Virus record (IMG/VR): IMGVR_UViG_3300044634_004299
Coordinates: 1 to 54,619 of that record
Source of the DNA: a virus
Lineage: Duplodnaviria; Caudoviricetes
Length of the DNA stretch: 54,619 nucleotides
Reading direction: 5' to 3' (one strand)
Position numbers and translations under genes: made by a program. Position 1 is the stretch's first letter; each line of letters begins with the position of its first letter. Positions 26,607 through 37,656 of the stretch are shown one piece after another. The notes under the pieces are model-generated. The model was given only the letters and a program-made list of their open reading frames with translations. It ran no database searches and had not been told where the DNA came from.

Positions 26607-27134
26607 ATGGAAGAACAATTAGAACACTTAAAGAAATTTGATGAAAAAAGAATTATAAACTTACCTTATAATTTAGATTATTCAAGGGGAACTAAATTAG
26701 ATAAAATAGTTCAATTTAAAATTAGTGATAAAATTAAAATAGCTTCAGTTCAATTAGAGATGATGGTTTTAAAAGCAGACTATGTGGATGCTATACAACA
26801 AGTGTTCTCTAACCTAAACTTAGATAATATAAACAACATTAAGGACAGTGTTGAAATAAAACAGGAAGAAATTAAACAAGAAAATATTGTTGATTTCAAC
26901 ACACTAGTTTCATATGGTGAAAGGTTATTACAACATTACTCAAAAAAAGAAAATCCAGTTACAACATTAGCTAAATTTAATTCAAAAATAAAGAGTTATT
27001 ATGTTTATGATAGTTGCGATGAGGAAAATGTAAAACTTAATGATGAGATTATAAGTTTGATTAACAACGATTGCACCATTGTATTAGGTTTAATAGGAGG
27101 GTTAATTAACTATTTTTTGGATTTCAAGAGGTAA
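26607..27134 (+). CDS. tail assembly chaperone (G)
   Basis: position; ends in a slippery site. Confidence 0.7.
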   Translation: MEEQLEHLKKFDEKRIINLPYNLDYSRGTKLDKIVQFKISDKIKIASVQLEMMVLKADYVDAIQQVFSNLNLDNINNIKDSVEIKQEEIKQENIVDFNTLVSYGERLLQHYSKKENPVTTLAKFNSKIKSYYVYDSCDEENVKLNDEIISLINNDCTIVLGLIGGLINYFLDFKR

Positions 27135-27331
27135 TAACAGTTAGGTTATCAAGTATAGAAAAAATAATATTAAATGAATATACTTTGGAATTTTTTATAA
27201 ATTTTATAGCAGATAATAGGTTAGATAATGTAACAAACATATATAATTTTAATGTAAGACAATTTGTAATAACATTAGCTTTTTGTATAGAAAAAAGTAG
27301 GAGATTGCAAAAAGAGGTAAAAAATGTTTAA
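27113..27331 (+). CDS. -1 frameshift extension of the tail chaperone (GT)
   Basis: T TTT TTG at 27113-27119; AGGAGG at 27095-27100; -1 frame open with no ATG to TAA 27329-27331. Confidence 0.8.
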   Translation, partial: FFGFQEVITVRLSSIEKIILNEYTLEFFINFIADNRLDNVTNIYNFNVRQFVITLAFCIEKSRRLQKEVKNV

Positions 27332-29114
27332 TGTAACTGAAAAAAAAATTCTTTATCAACTCATAGCTAATGAAAACATTGTAAAAACAATGCAAAGAAT
27401 TTCACAATCAGCACAGGGTTTAAATAATGATTTAAATAGAGTTGGTAGAAACATAACAAACAATTTCTCCAACATAAACTCTATGATAACAAAAACATCT
27501 AATAATTTTGAAAAAATGAGAAAAACAATGATGAGGTTATCATCAGTTGTATTTCTACCACTAGCTTTTATGGGTTCTAGGGAATACCTAAGAAGTGAAA
27601 AAGCTATAGCTATGTATGATGTTATACAAGATAAAGCTTTAACACTACAAGAAAAAAAGAATGTTTATAAAAATGCTACAAACATTGGTAAAATGACAGG
27701 GCAGTCTCAATCTTCAATAATTGAATTAGCAACAGAGTTAGAAAAAGGAGGTTTAAAGAGTGCTATTTTAACTGGAACTAAAGGTTCTGTTTTAGAAATG
27801 GCAACTAAAATTAAAGCTATAACAGGACAAACTTCACAAGAAGTAGGTAATATGTTATTATCTATAATTTCAGCTTATGGTTTAAAAAATTTATCAACAC
27901 AAGAATTAGAAAAGAAATTACCAGTTTTAGTTTCTAAATATATAAAAGCTGCTAATCTATCAAAATTTAACTATAGTGATATTGAATCACTTACAAGAAA
28001 ATCACCCAACGTCCTTAAAATGGCTGGTTTTGATGAAGATTATATTATTGCTATACAAAGTGTGTTATCAAACTCAACACAACCATCAGTTACTGACAGG
28101 GCTTTAGCTTCTTCAGTTCAAAGGTTATCTAATCTTCCTTATGGTGCTAAAAACTTTCTAAAAAGATATACTGGTATTGATGTAAATAAACTTAAAAAGA
28201 GTGGAACATCAATGCAAGATATATTCCAAAGTATTTTGAAGTCTGTAGATGTGATTGCTAGTTTAGATATTAAAAATTTTGACCCTAACGACACTAATTT
28301 TAGAAATTTAATGAAGTTTTCAAAAATGAGTAGGAAACAATTTAAAGAATTAGATTCTAAAGAATTTAAAAACATAAGGGACAATTTCTTAACAGAATTG
28401 CTATCACAAACTTTCGGTAAAGACTTCTCCCCTAAAATGTCAAATTTAGCAACAAATATAAAAAGTATTTTAGATGCTACAACTGAAATAAAGAAAATAA
28501 AAGACGACGAGTTATTACAAGAAACCTATAAAAGAAGTTTACCACCATTACAAAAAGCTTTTAGTAAACTTGGTGTTAGTTTTAATGAATTCTTTAATAA
28601 TTTAATGAAAGCTGGTTTAGAAGATAAAATAATAGGTTTATTAGAAAAGTTGACAAAATTTTTTGATTATTTAGCTAAGGATGATAAACTTTTGAAAAAT
28701 TTAGCTGAAATTACTGCAGGTTTTACCCAATTAATGGTTGTTTTGGGTGGTATTAGTATACTTTTTAAAACTTATGGCTTAATATCAGGTGTTGTTGGAA
28801 CAGCTGGTAAAGTTGGTAAAGCTTTAGGAAAAGGTGGTAGAAGTGCAATGAAATTCCCAGTTAAAAATCCTTTGGTAATGTTAGGTGTTGCTGGTGCGGT
28901 AACAGGTGGTGCTTTATTAAACGAATATGGTTTACTAGATAGACCAAAACAATTTATAAGTGATTTATGGGATAATTTAAGTAAAAAGTTTAGTGATGAT
29001 GCTGAAAAGAAGAAGACCGATATAAATGTTAATATACAAACAAAAGAAGTTTCTGTAACAAATAATGACAATTATAATGTTGATGTGAAGTTGGGGGAAC
29101 AAAGTGGTTTCTAA
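27324..29114 (+). CDS. tape measure protein
   Basis: helical, TP901-like core region, late Gly-rich hydrophobic segments; position. Confidence 0.85.
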   Translation: MFNVTEKKILYQLIANENIVKTMQRISQSAQGLNNDLNRVGRNITNNFSNINSMITKTSNNFEKMRKTMMRLSSVVFLPLAFMGSREYLRSEKAIAMYDVIQDKALTLQEKKNVYKNATNIGKMTGQSQSSIIELATELEKGGLKSAILTGTKGSVLEMATKIKAITGQTSQEVGNMLLSIISAYGLKNLSTQELEKKLPVLVSKYIKAANLSKFNYSDIESLTRKSPNVLKMAGFDEDYIIAIQSVLSNSTQPSVTDRALASSVQRLSNLPYGAKNFLKRYTGIDVNKLKKSGTSMQDIFQSILKSVDVIASLDIKNFDPNDTNFRNLMKFSKMSRKQFKELDSKEFKNIRDNFLTELLSQTFGKDFSPKMSNLATNIKSILDATTEIKKIKDDELLQETYKRSLPPLQKAFSKLGVSFNEFFNNLMKAGLEDKIIGLLEKLTKFFDYLAKDDKLLKNLAEITAGFTQLMVVLGGISILFKTYGLISGVVGTAGKVGKALGKGGRSAMKFPVKNPLVMLGVAGAVTGGALLNEYGLLDRPKQFISDLWDNLSKKFSDDAEKKKTDINVNIQTKEVSVTNNDNYNVDVKLGEQSGF

Positions 29115-30180
29115 AATAAAAACATACCCTTTTATTTTTGGTAGTGAATCTTACTTCTTTTGTGAAAAAGTAAAAGTAACACACGGTTATATAAGAAGTG
29201 AATACATTTATCCAACAGGTGCAAAAAATAGGTTTACACAAAACATAGCAATTTCTCCAGAAAGAGTTGAGGTTGAGGTTATGTTTGCTGGTGAAAATTT
29301 TGAAACTAAGTATAGGAACTTTTATAAAAATGTTGTTTTAAACAGTAAACCGCAATTATTAGTATTACCATTTTTAAATCTATCAATACCAGACTGTATT
29401 GTAGCAAAAGAAGTTCAAACAACAGCTAATAATAAAGAATTTGGTTTGATAAAATGTAATGTTGTTTTTATAGCTGTTTCAAAAAATATAGAAAGTTTTA
29501 ATATAATTGAGAAAATGAATAACTTAAAAAATAATATAAATGCAATTGTGGATAAAGTTTTTAATTTATATAAATATATTAATTTAGCATTAAGTTCAAC
29601 ACAGTTATTGCTAGCATATGTAAACGACTTAGTTAATATAGTTAAATCACCTGTTAAATCAGTGATTGCTATAAAAGATAAGGTAGAGACTAAGAAGCTA
29701 TTAAAAGATATAATTAATAATGGTAACGAAGATTATATTGAAATTGCTGTAAATGAAGAGGTTAAGAAAACTAATAATTTTGATGAAAAGTCTAGTGAAT
29801 TTTTTATAAACTATAAAACACTTATTGATTCAACTATTTTTTATAAATTTTGTTTAAATACACAATCAAAAGTATATTCAAAATCATCCCTTTACGATGA
29901 TTTACTCACACTTGACTACAAATACTCTAAATTGAAAAACAATATATCAATTGTTGATTTACAAGTTTTTATTGATAATATATATGAATATACCTATACC
30001 TTTATAGTAAACACATTCTCTTCAATAGTAGTTAACGAAGTTGAAATAGAAGATTTAGACTACTATTTATACACAGCAAAACTATATTTATCAACAGAAA
30101 GATTACCTGAATTATTGAGTCTTAATAAAACAACATCTTTATATAAAAAAAATGGAGTTTTAAAATACTTAAATGAGTAA
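29104..30180 (+). CDS. Mu gpN-like DNA circularisation / tube initiator protein
   Basis: position after the TMP; N-terminal EYIYP..FTQNI and LVLPF pattern. Confidence 0.6.
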   Translation: MVSKIKTYPFIFGSESYFFCEKVKVTHGYIRSEYIYPTGAKNRFTQNIAISPERVEVEVMFAGENFETKYRNFYKNVVLNSKPQLLVLPFLNLSIPDCIVAKEVQTTANNKEFGLIKCNVVFIAVSKNIESFNIIEKMNNLKNNINAIVDKVFNLYKYINLALSSTQLLLAYVNDLVNIVKSPVKSVIAIKDKVETKKLLKDIINNGNEDYIEIAVNEEVKKTNNFDEKSSEFFINYKTLIDSTIFYKFCLNTQSKVYSKSSLYDDLLTLDYKYSKLKNNISIVDLQVFIDNIYEYTYTFIVNTFSSIVVNEVEIEDLDYYLYTAKLYLSTERLPELLSLNKTTSLYKKNGVLKYLNE

Positions 30181-31870
30181 TGGCGCAAAAGTATACATTT
30201 ACATAAATAAAAACTTCTTTATAAAAGAATATTACGAAGACAAAGATAAAACTATAGATGAGGTTTTATCTATTTATGGTGATGATAATTACGATATTTA
30301 TAATACCAAATCAACTAATATGACTAAATATGAAGTTTTCTTTCAGTCTTTAAGGTATTACTCTTCTTTAAATGCTATGGCTAACACATTGTATTTAAAA
30401 TCCTGTTACATACCAGATTTAAAGAATGATATAATTAAAGAGAATAAAAATTTATATGCTGAAAAAATTGATTTACTTTATTATCAACAATTGCAAGATA
30501 TTTTACAAGACAACCACTTAATGACTTTTGAATTAAACGGAGAAAGAATGTTAACTGGTTTTATAGATAAAAGTATAATAGATGTTAAAACAGTAAATGC
30601 TAGTGGTTCTCAAAATGCTATAAATTTTGATTTAAATATATATGATTCAACTTTTGACTTAGTTAAAGATAGACTTAGCGATGAGAAAGACGCGACGACC
30701 GCAGATAACATACTTGATGTTATAAAATCTTCTTGCTATGTTAATTTAAATGATTCCGATTCTAGCGGAGAGGGTGGGATTTTCCTTTATCCACTTCCAA
30801 TAAGATTACAAAAAACTTTAAATTACGAAGATTTAAATATATCAAATAGTGAGACCAGAGGTAATATAGGTCAATCTTTAAGTGATTACCTACAATCTTT
30901 AGCTAAAATAAAAGGTTTAGTTATAAGGGGTAATGGTTTAGGTGGTATAGATATTTTCTCATTAAACATCAGTGATGATACTTATAATATAATGTTTGAT
31001 TATACAGCTGAACTTTTAACAAAACAGGAAAATAATAATAACAAAAATGTTATTTTACAAAAAATAAATGAAATAAAAGCTTCTTCAAAATCTTTTGAAG
31101 AAAAAACAGAAGAAATAAATTCACTTAGTAAAGAGTTGTTATCAATAAATGCAATAATAGATAAAGTTAAAACAAGTAACGAGGTTTATATAAGGAAGTT
31201 ACTTTATGTAAATGAAATAATATCCTTTAGAATTACAAATAATCACAACAGTAGTTATGATTATTATAGAATATTTGAGGGAACAAGTAACTTAGAAAAA
31301 GCTGTTACAATAAAAACAACCAAGTCTTTAAGGTTTAATAGAAATATAATAAATAAAAATGTTAATATAATAGATTTAATAAACAATATTAACGATGCTG
31401 ATTATAAAAAAGGTGATATTGAAATTCCTAGTGATTTTGAAGCTGGTAATAATGAATATAATGCTTACATTAGGAGAAAAAGGGGTTATTCTAAGATAAT
31501 AAAAGAGGGTGATATTTTAGACGGTTTTGATGATGAAAAATATAGTCTTGATTTAATAAACCAATCTTCAAAAATAGCTTCTATGGAAGATTCAGCAGTT
31601 GTTGTTGATGTTTTAATAGAAGTTTTTTACAAATACAAATTTAAAATAGGTGATTTTATACAAATTGTTAAAGACGAAATTTTTATACCATACGATTTTT
31701 CCTATCAGTCTTTCGTTTATAATGATGATGGGAAAAAAGTTTTAAGAAGAATAAATTACTATCTTTTATCAAAAGTTGAATTTAACTTTTCAATAACTGG
31801 TTATACAGTTAGGTTACATTTATCTTATAGGGATGCTTTTACAAAATATGCTATGAGGGAATCAAGATGA
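30173..31870 (+). CDS. baseplate hub (Mu gpP-like)
   Basis: NGERMLTGFID, D.T.DLV, GQSLSDYL, GNGLG motifs; position. Confidence 0.7.
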   Translation: MSNGAKVYIYINKNFFIKEYYEDKDKTIDEVLSIYGDDNYDIYNTKSTNMTKYEVFFQSLRYYSSLNAMANTLYLKSCYIPDLKNDIIKENKNLYAEKIDLLYYQQLQDILQDNHLMTFELNGERMLTGFIDKSIIDVKTVNASGSQNAINFDLNIYDSTFDLVKDRLSDEKDATTADNILDVIKSSCYVNLNDSDSSGEGGIFLYPLPIRLQKTLNYEDLNISNSETRGNIGQSLSDYLQSLAKIKGLVIRGNGLGGIDIFSLNISDDTYNIMFDYTAELLTKQENNNNKNVILQKINEIKASSKSFEEKTEEINSLSKELLSINAIIDKVKTSNEVYIRKLLYVNEIISFRITNNHNSSYDYYRIFEGTSNLEKAVTIKTTKSLRFNRNIINKNVNIIDLINNINDADYKKGDIEIPSDFEAGNNEYNAYIRRKRGYSKIIKEGDILDGFDDEKYSLDLINQSSKIASMEDSAVVVDVLIEVFYKYKFKIGDFIQIVKDEIFIPYDFSYQSFVYNDDGKKVLRRINYYLLSKVEFNFSITGYTVRLHLSYRDAFTKYAMRESR

Positions 31871-32283
31871 CTAGTAGAATTTTTTTTCTGGAATACACTG
31901 GAGAAGTTAGGGGTGATTATCACATATTTAAACAAAAAATAAGTGAGAATAAAAATGTATCTTATAGGGAATTTAAAATATTAAAAGGTTCTATTTTCTC
32001 CATTTTCAACTTTACATTAGATAACTACATTATAGGTGAGATATACCTAACCTTAAATATAAACACAAGTTATTTTGTTTTTCCAATGACTACTGGTTTA
32101 AAAGATATCAACAAAATTATAACAGAAGAATTTGTTTTAAATAATGGTAAGATAGATTTATTGAAAATTAATGAAAATGTGATAAAATATAAAGATAAAG
32201 ACGTTTTTGTTATTGACGATTACGAAATTGTAGATAGTCAAGGTTTACCATGTGTTATAAGGAAAAAGTTAAATGGAAATTAA
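31867..32283 (+). CDS. putative baseplate spike
   Basis: position only. Confidence 0.4.
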   Translation: MTSRIFFLEYTGEVRGDYHIFKQKISENKNVSYREFKILKGSIFSIFNFTLDNYIIGEIYLTLNINTSYFVFPMTTGLKDINKIITEEFVLNNGKIDLLKINENVIKYKDKDVFVIDDYEIVDSQGLPCVIRKKLNGN

Positions 32284-32608
32284 AGGTGTAATACCAAAAA
32301 TTACTTTAGATATTGGTTATAGTTTTTACGATGGTGATTTAGTAATAACCGATAATCCTGAAGCTTGGTTTAGAAATTATATAGAAACACAACAACCTTA
32401 TAAAAATGGTGACTTTTACGATTCTGTTGTTCCTGATTTTGATGTAGGAGTTGATATAATACGGTTATCAAAACAAAATAAAATAGATAACAAAACTATA
32501 AATAATATACAAGTTAATTTAAAAGAAAGAATCTTAAAAAATAATCCAGAAATATTAGGTATAGATGTTTCTTTAAATAATGGAGAATTTGTAATAAATG
32601 TCAAATAA
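32273..32608 (+). CDS. putative baseplate wedge / sheath initiator (gp46/gp25-like)
   Basis: DGDLV motif; size and position before baseplate J. Confidence 0.5.
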   Translation: MEIKGVIPKITLDIGYSFYDGDLVITDNPEAWFRNYIETQQPYKNGDFYDSVVPDFDVGVDIIRLSKQNKIDNKTINNIQVNLKERILKNNPEILGIDVSLNNGEFVINVK

Positions 32609-33905
32609 TATAGACTATCAACAATTACTTATAAATAAATTAAAAGTAAAACTAGGCTCACAATACATTCCTGAAAAAGGAGGTGTTTTGACTGTTTGGA
32701 GTTCTGTTTTTGGTGCAGTTCTAAACAACCTATCTACAAGAATTGATTATTTAAAATCATCAACATTTTCTTATACAAGTCTAAGTGGTGATGACTTAGA
32801 TAAAAGGGCTAATGAGTTCTACCTAAACAGAATTGAAGCTTCTAAATCATACGGAGATGTTATTGTTTATAATAATAGTTTACAAAACGATTTAACTATA
32901 ACAGATACAATAACAATAAACAATGCTTATAATTCTAATGAAAGTTTTACATTAAATCAACAATTATTTTTTTACACCATGTTTGTTTATGACTTAAACA
33001 ACATTGAACTAAAACCAAAGAATGGATACAACCTTTTACCAGTTGGTTTAGAATGTAAAATTATAATAGATGGTGTTACTAAAGATTGTCAAATTATTAG
33101 TTCTTCTCCTTATAAAATGAAAATTGCTGTAAATATTGATGAGACTAGTATAAACAATTTCTTTGATGTTACCATTTCTTTTTTTGGTTGTATAACGAAC
33201 TTTACATCTATTAATACTGGTAAATCACAAAACCAAAAACCAAACTCAGTAATGAGTATCACAGGTGATAATCCAAATAACTTAAAATTTATTTCTAGTT
33301 GTGTTGGTTTTACGGGTGGTAGTGATTTAGAAAACGACGAACACCTAAGGGAAAGAATAAGACAATCTACAAATGGTGTTATATCTTATTTTTCCAAAGA
33401 TTCAATTGTTTTAGATATATTTTCAAATTTTCAAAACATAACAAGGGTTGGTGTAAAAACACCTAGTAACGAAGCTGAAAAAGGTGTTGTTAAAGTTTAT
33501 GTTTATGATGATGGTGCTTATGGTGGTGTTGTAAACGAAGAACAAGTAAAACAAATGAAAGATTATTTATTAAGTATAAAACCTGCTTCTATTTTAGATG
33601 ATGATGTGATTGTTAGATTACCTTTTAAATGTTTTGTTAGTTATAAAATAAATAACTTCTCACCAAAAACTAACACTATGGAGAAAAGTATTATAAGGGA
33701 TTTAAAAAATTATATTAATAATATAGCTATAAATACATCTAATGATTACAATATTGATAAAAATTTATTAATAGCAAATTTAATTACTAACACTAAAGAT
33801 ATACAAAACAGTAATTTAACTTCTATTGATGTGGATATATCCTTGGATAACATAACAGATAATATTGATAATGATGGTGTTGTTTATGAGGTTATAAATG
33901 ATTAA
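32598..33905 (+). CDS. baseplate J-like wedge protein
   Basis: SGDDLD..A, A..S.G, FTGGSDLENDEHLRERI, G.VKVYV. Confidence 0.92.
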   Translation: MSNNIDYQQLLINKLKVKLGSQYIPEKGGVLTVWSSVFGAVLNNLSTRIDYLKSSTFSYTSLSGDDLDKRANEFYLNRIEASKSYGDVIVYNNSLQNDLTITDTITINNAYNSNESFTLNQQLFFYTMFVYDLNNIELKPKNGYNLLPVGLECKIIIDGVTKDCQIISSSPYKMKIAVNIDETSINNFFDVTISFFGCITNFTSINTGKSQNQKPNSVMSITGDNPNNLKFISSCVGFTGGSDLENDEHLRERIRQSTNGVISYFSKDSIVLDIFSNFQNITRVGVKTPSNEAEKGVVKVYVYDDGAYGGVVNEEQVKQMKDYLLSIKPASILDDDVIVRLPFKCFVSYKINNFSPKTNTMEKSIIRDLKNYINNIAINTSNDYNIDKNLLIANLITNTKDIQNSNLTSIDVDISLDNITDNIDNDGVVYEVIND

Positions 33906-34479
33906 TATACAAAGTTATTTCCCAATTAATTATAACTACCTTTATAAAAAACAGTATAACGGTGATAATTTTTCTAAAATGCTAGAAAGTTTCCAAGAAG
34001 TTACCGATGAATTTATAAAAAATGATTTAGGTAGATTATATGATATGGATTTAAAATCTAGTTATATGAGTGATTTTTTAAATCTAAAGCAACTGAGTTT
34101 TAACTTTTTAGAAAGTGATAATTTTAAAGAATTATTTGACAAAATTTACTTACTAAATAAGTTTTTAATAAATAAAAAAAATAACAATATAAATTCTATA
34201 AACGATTTTTTAAAACAATTTGGTATAAATTTAAAAATAATTGATGGTAAAAACGAAGTTATAGTCTCTAATCAATTACCTAAAAAAATTGATTTTGATA
34301 AGGTTTTTGATTTTTATTTTGATGAAACTTTTACGGCAAATGTAGATACAATGTTTTCTCAAGAGTTAAGTTTTGAATTTTTCCCCAAAGAAAGTTACGA
34401 AAATGTTTTGATAACTAATTTTTTATTTACATATTTAAGAAAAATAATACCAGCAACTAGTTATATAAGGATAGCTTAA
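33898..34479 (+). CDS. baseplate wedge (gp48/gpI-like)
   Basis: position; C-terminal LRKIIPA. Confidence 0.6.
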   Translation: MINIQSYFPINYNYLYKKQYNGDNFSKMLESFQEVTDEFIKNDLGRLYDMDLKSSYMSDFLNLKQLSFNFLESDNFKELFDKIYLLNKFLINKKNNNINSINDFLKQFGINLKIIDGKNEVIVSNQLPKKIDFDKVFDFYFDETFTANVDTMFSQELSFEFFPKESYENVLITNFLFTYLRKIIPATSYIRIA

Positions 34480-34480
34480 A

Positions 34481-35632
34481 ATGAGACAGATTGATAAAAA
34501 AGAAAATAATAAACAACCACCAACCGACCCATTATTGTTAAAATACTTCTTACAAGCAGACGATTTCAATGCTGTTTATCAAGAGTTAAGTAATACTTTA
34601 ATTAATTTCAATCAACCATACGAAAATGAAAACATTTCTTTATATAAACTTTTATTAGCTAACATTCCTATTGAAATTGAACCAGACGGCTACGATACAG
34701 ACACTACACAAGTAAATAAAATACTTTATACACTTAAATTCAAAGCAGATATTAAAAAAGCTTCTTTAACAACACCAAATACAAATTTGGTAACTGGTTT
34801 TAAATATGTTTGTAAAAAGAGTTATACAAATTCTTCAATTACTTATCCTGCTTTTGAAACTTTTGATGGTAAAACTGTTTATTATATTATAAAAATATAT
34901 AATAAAGACGACAATTCACAAATTTTAAATCAAACAAACGAGAAATCTACTGCAACAACAGGTATGTCAACTGCATTATTAGCTAGTTACTATAAAAATT
35001 TTGAAAATTTTGGTAAGTATATACCTAACTGGTTTGATAACATGTCTTATAAAACAATATCAAGATTAACAAATTTTGGTGTTATATTTAATTCTTTTTT
35101 AAACCCTACACAAATGCAAGAAATAAACGACAAACAATTTATTCAAGTAAAAAAAGATGTTAATAAAGCTATAAAATTCAACGAACATCCGTTAACATAC
35201 AAGTATCTTTCTCAATTGAACTTGCCTATTTTAAGACACAATACTAGTGAAAAAGAAATTTATTTTGAAGTTTTAGATTTCTATGTTAGAAACGAAGTTG
35301 GAAATATTAATAATTATCCAATTGGAACTTTTTTTGAGGGTAAAGTTGGGGTTCACAGTCACCAAACAGGTAATTTCAACATAAGTGCTAAGTCAACAAA
35401 CCCTAATGGATTTGAAAGTTTTGATGGTGGGGGTGAGGGTAACGAATATACTAATAATGTTGGCGGACCTAGAAGAAAAACAGTTGAAGTTTCAGGAACT
35501 GTTAATGGAGATTCAGTTGAAACAAATAGAATAAAGAGATTTGGTGAAACTACTTATACAGATACGACTAATAGTTATTTAGAAAACACACCAAACTCTA
35601 TACCATTTTATACATATATGTATGTTGATTAA
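34481..35632 (+). CDS. tail fibre protein
   Basis: ADDFNAVYQEL N-terminal motif; HSH and terminal E.TP collar-like motifs. Confidence 0.7.
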   Translation: MRQIDKKENNKQPPTDPLLLKYFLQADDFNAVYQELSNTLINFNQPYENENISLYKLLLANIPIEIEPDGYDTDTTQVNKILYTLKFKADIKKASLTTPNTNLVTGFKYVCKKSYTNSSITYPAFETFDGKTVYYIIKIYNKDDNSQILNQTNEKSTATTGMSTALLASYYKNFENFGKYIPNWFDNMSYKTISRLTNFGVIFNSFLNPTQMQEINDKQFIQVKKDVNKAIKFNEHPLTYKYLSQLNLPILRHNTSEKEIYFEVLDFYVRNEVGNINNYPIGTFFEGKVGVHSHQTGNFNISAKSTNPNGFESFDGGGEGNEYTNNVGGPRRKTVEVSGTVNGDSVETNRIKRFGETTYTDTTNSYLENTPNSIPFYTYMYVD

Positions 35633-37119
35633 ATACTTTTAACAAAATCATTATACATATCTATTGTTAGTTGTCTACCTTTTAGAAGTTCAAGTAATCT
35701 TTCTTCAAAGGTTTTCTTATAGATTAAATCGTAGATAAAAACTTCTTTGTGAGGGGAACCTATCCTAGTTAACCTACCCAACAACTGTATTCTTTTAGTT
35801 ATACTTGATTCTGTTTGATATATTATTAAATTATTACAAATTTTAAAATTATCTAAACCAACACCAACAGAATCAATTGTTGCTACACATATATCGTTTT
35901 CTTGCATTAAGGAATCATCACCAAGAAACCTAAAAACTTTGAAATCTGTTTCTGTTCTTATTAAATCATAAACCCTATTAGCTGATTCAACATTATAACA
36001 AGTAACTAAACATTTACCAGTTGTGAAATCTATATTATAAAGAATATCAAACATTTCTTTATCTTTATTTAAAACATCGTTAGATATTCTTTTAGCAACC
36101 CTATTTTCTTTAGAAATTTTAAAATCATTCAACAATTCTTTTATGGAGTATGTTTTTATATCAAAATATATACAACCCGCAATGGCTCTAAGTAACATTA
36201 TCTTTTCTTGAGTATTAACTACTCTTTGTGTATCAGCTATCTCCAAAACCTTATCTTTTTTGAGATTTTTTTGTATCTTTACAATACAATCATCTAATTC
36301 AATGTATATTTGTTTTTCATTTACTTTAATATCATTATCTACACCTACAACATCGTTAAAGAATGCTCTATTTGATAATTCATACAAATTATCATAGAAA
36401 ATAGACTTCATAAAATCTGTTTTAAATTCATTACTGAAACTGGTAAAATTTCCTTTATCATATCTAACTATTTGTGTTTTAAGGAAGTATGATTTAAACT
36501 CATATAAACTAAGTTCGCCACTCTTTTTTCTACCTACAGTTTCTCCTAAGTGGTCTTTAAAAAAAATACCATTTAGGTAACAAGCTATACCAATACAATT
36601 TATAGTATTAGCAATTGTTGTTGCTGATGAGAAAACACAATTACCCTTTAATCTACCTAAAACACCCATTGTTCCTTTAGTTTCTGTTTTTTTTGTTTTA
36701 GAATTAAAAGAAGTTGTTTTTTTACCTACTAAGTTATTATAAATCATAGATTTATCATTGTTTAAATATTTATGGAATTCATCAAAAATGACAAAACAAT
36801 TTTCCAATTTATCAATAACAAAATTTAAACCATATTTTGATAAACTATTAAAACTCATAACAAATATGTTGCTTTTTTCCCTATCTATATCAAAAACATC
36901 TTTTATAATATTAACATCTTCTAAAACATCTTTTAATTGTTTGATTATATTTTTAATATTAATAGCTAAGGTTATAAATATAATGTTTTTGTAACCTTGT
37001 TCTATTGCTAGATTTACAGTTCCATAAGTTTTTCCTGTTCCAGTATCCCAATACAAAAATGTTTTCTTTTCTATATTGGTTTGGTGTGGTAATAGTTTAA
37101 AAGATTCTTTGAATTTCAT
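35629..37119 (-). CDS. SNF2-like SF2 helicase
   Basis: LLPHQ, DTGTGKT, DEFH, SAT, GVGLD, QLLGRLTRIG; start moved to 37119 (GGAG RBS). Confidence 0.9.
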   Translation of the reverse strand: MKFKESFKLLPHQTNIEKKTFLYWDTGTGKTYGTVNLAIEQGYKNIIFITLAINIKNIIKQLKDVLEDVNIIKDVFDIDREKSNIFVMSFNSLSKYGLNFVIDKLENCFVIFDEFHKYLNNDKSMIYNNLVGKKTTSFNSKTKKTETKGTMGVLGRLKGNCVFSSATTIANTINCIGIACYLNGIFFKDHLGETVGRKKSGELSLYEFKSYFLKTQIVRYDKGNFTSFSNEFKTDFMKSIFYDNLYELSNRAFFNDVVGVDNDIKVNEKQIYIELDDCIVKIQKNLKKDKVLEIADTQRVVNTQEKIMLLRAIAGCIYFDIKTYSIKELLNDFKISKENRVAKRISNDVLNKDKEMFDILYNIDFTTGKCLVTCYNVESANRVYDLIRTETDFKVFRFLGDDSLMQENDICVATIDSVGVGLDNFKICNNLIIYQTESSITKRIQLLGRLTRIGSPHKEVFIYDLIYKKTFEERLLELLKGRQLTIDMYNDFVKSI

Positions 37120-37137
37120 AATTTTTCTCCAAATAAA

Positions 37138-37168
37138 AAGCACCAATATTTTATTTATATTGGTGCTT
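37138..37168. terminator. intergenic hairpin
   Basis: AAGCACCAATAT/ATATTGGTGCTT. Confidence 0.55.
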
Positions 37169-37176
37169 AATTTTTT

Positions 37177-37623
37177 TTATCTAACCATACTTTCAATAGT
37201 AACCCTGTCTTTTTTAGCTTGTTCCTCAATAGATTTTCTTGATTCTTCTGTTACTTTTATTTGCAATTGATGGTAACTAGTTAAAATATTTTCTTTTTTT
37301 AAATCAAGAGTTAAAGCATGTATTATACTCATTTGATAAATTAAATCTGTTTTAAATTCTTCAAAAGATTTAACTAAATTTTCATCCCATTTTACAGCAC
37401 AAAAACTATAGGTAATAACATTACCTAACTCTTTTTCTGTTAATTTAGAATTTTGTTCTTCATCTACATAATCCACATAAGTTTTATAAAGATTAGTTTG
37501 TGTTATTATATGTGTGTTATCGTCTTGCTCTATATCAACACAATAAACCCTTGTTTGTGAAGCATAGCTATCCAAACTCATTAATAAAAATACACCTAAA
37601 CATAATAATACTTTTTTAAACAT
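37177..37623 (-). CDS. exported protein with signal peptide
   Basis: MFKKVLLCLGVFLLMSLDSYA-S; AAGGAG RBS. Confidence 0.75.
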   Translation of the reverse strand: MFKKVLLCLGVFLLMSLDSYASQTRVYCVDIEQDDNTHIITQTNLYKTYVDYVDEEQNSKLTEKELGNVITYSFCAVKWDENLVKSFEEFKTDLIYQMSIIHALTLDLKKENILTSYHQLQIKVTEESRKSIEEQAKKDRVTIESMVR

Positions 37624-37656
37624 TTTTTTTCTCCTTTTTAAATTGTTTAAAGTTTA

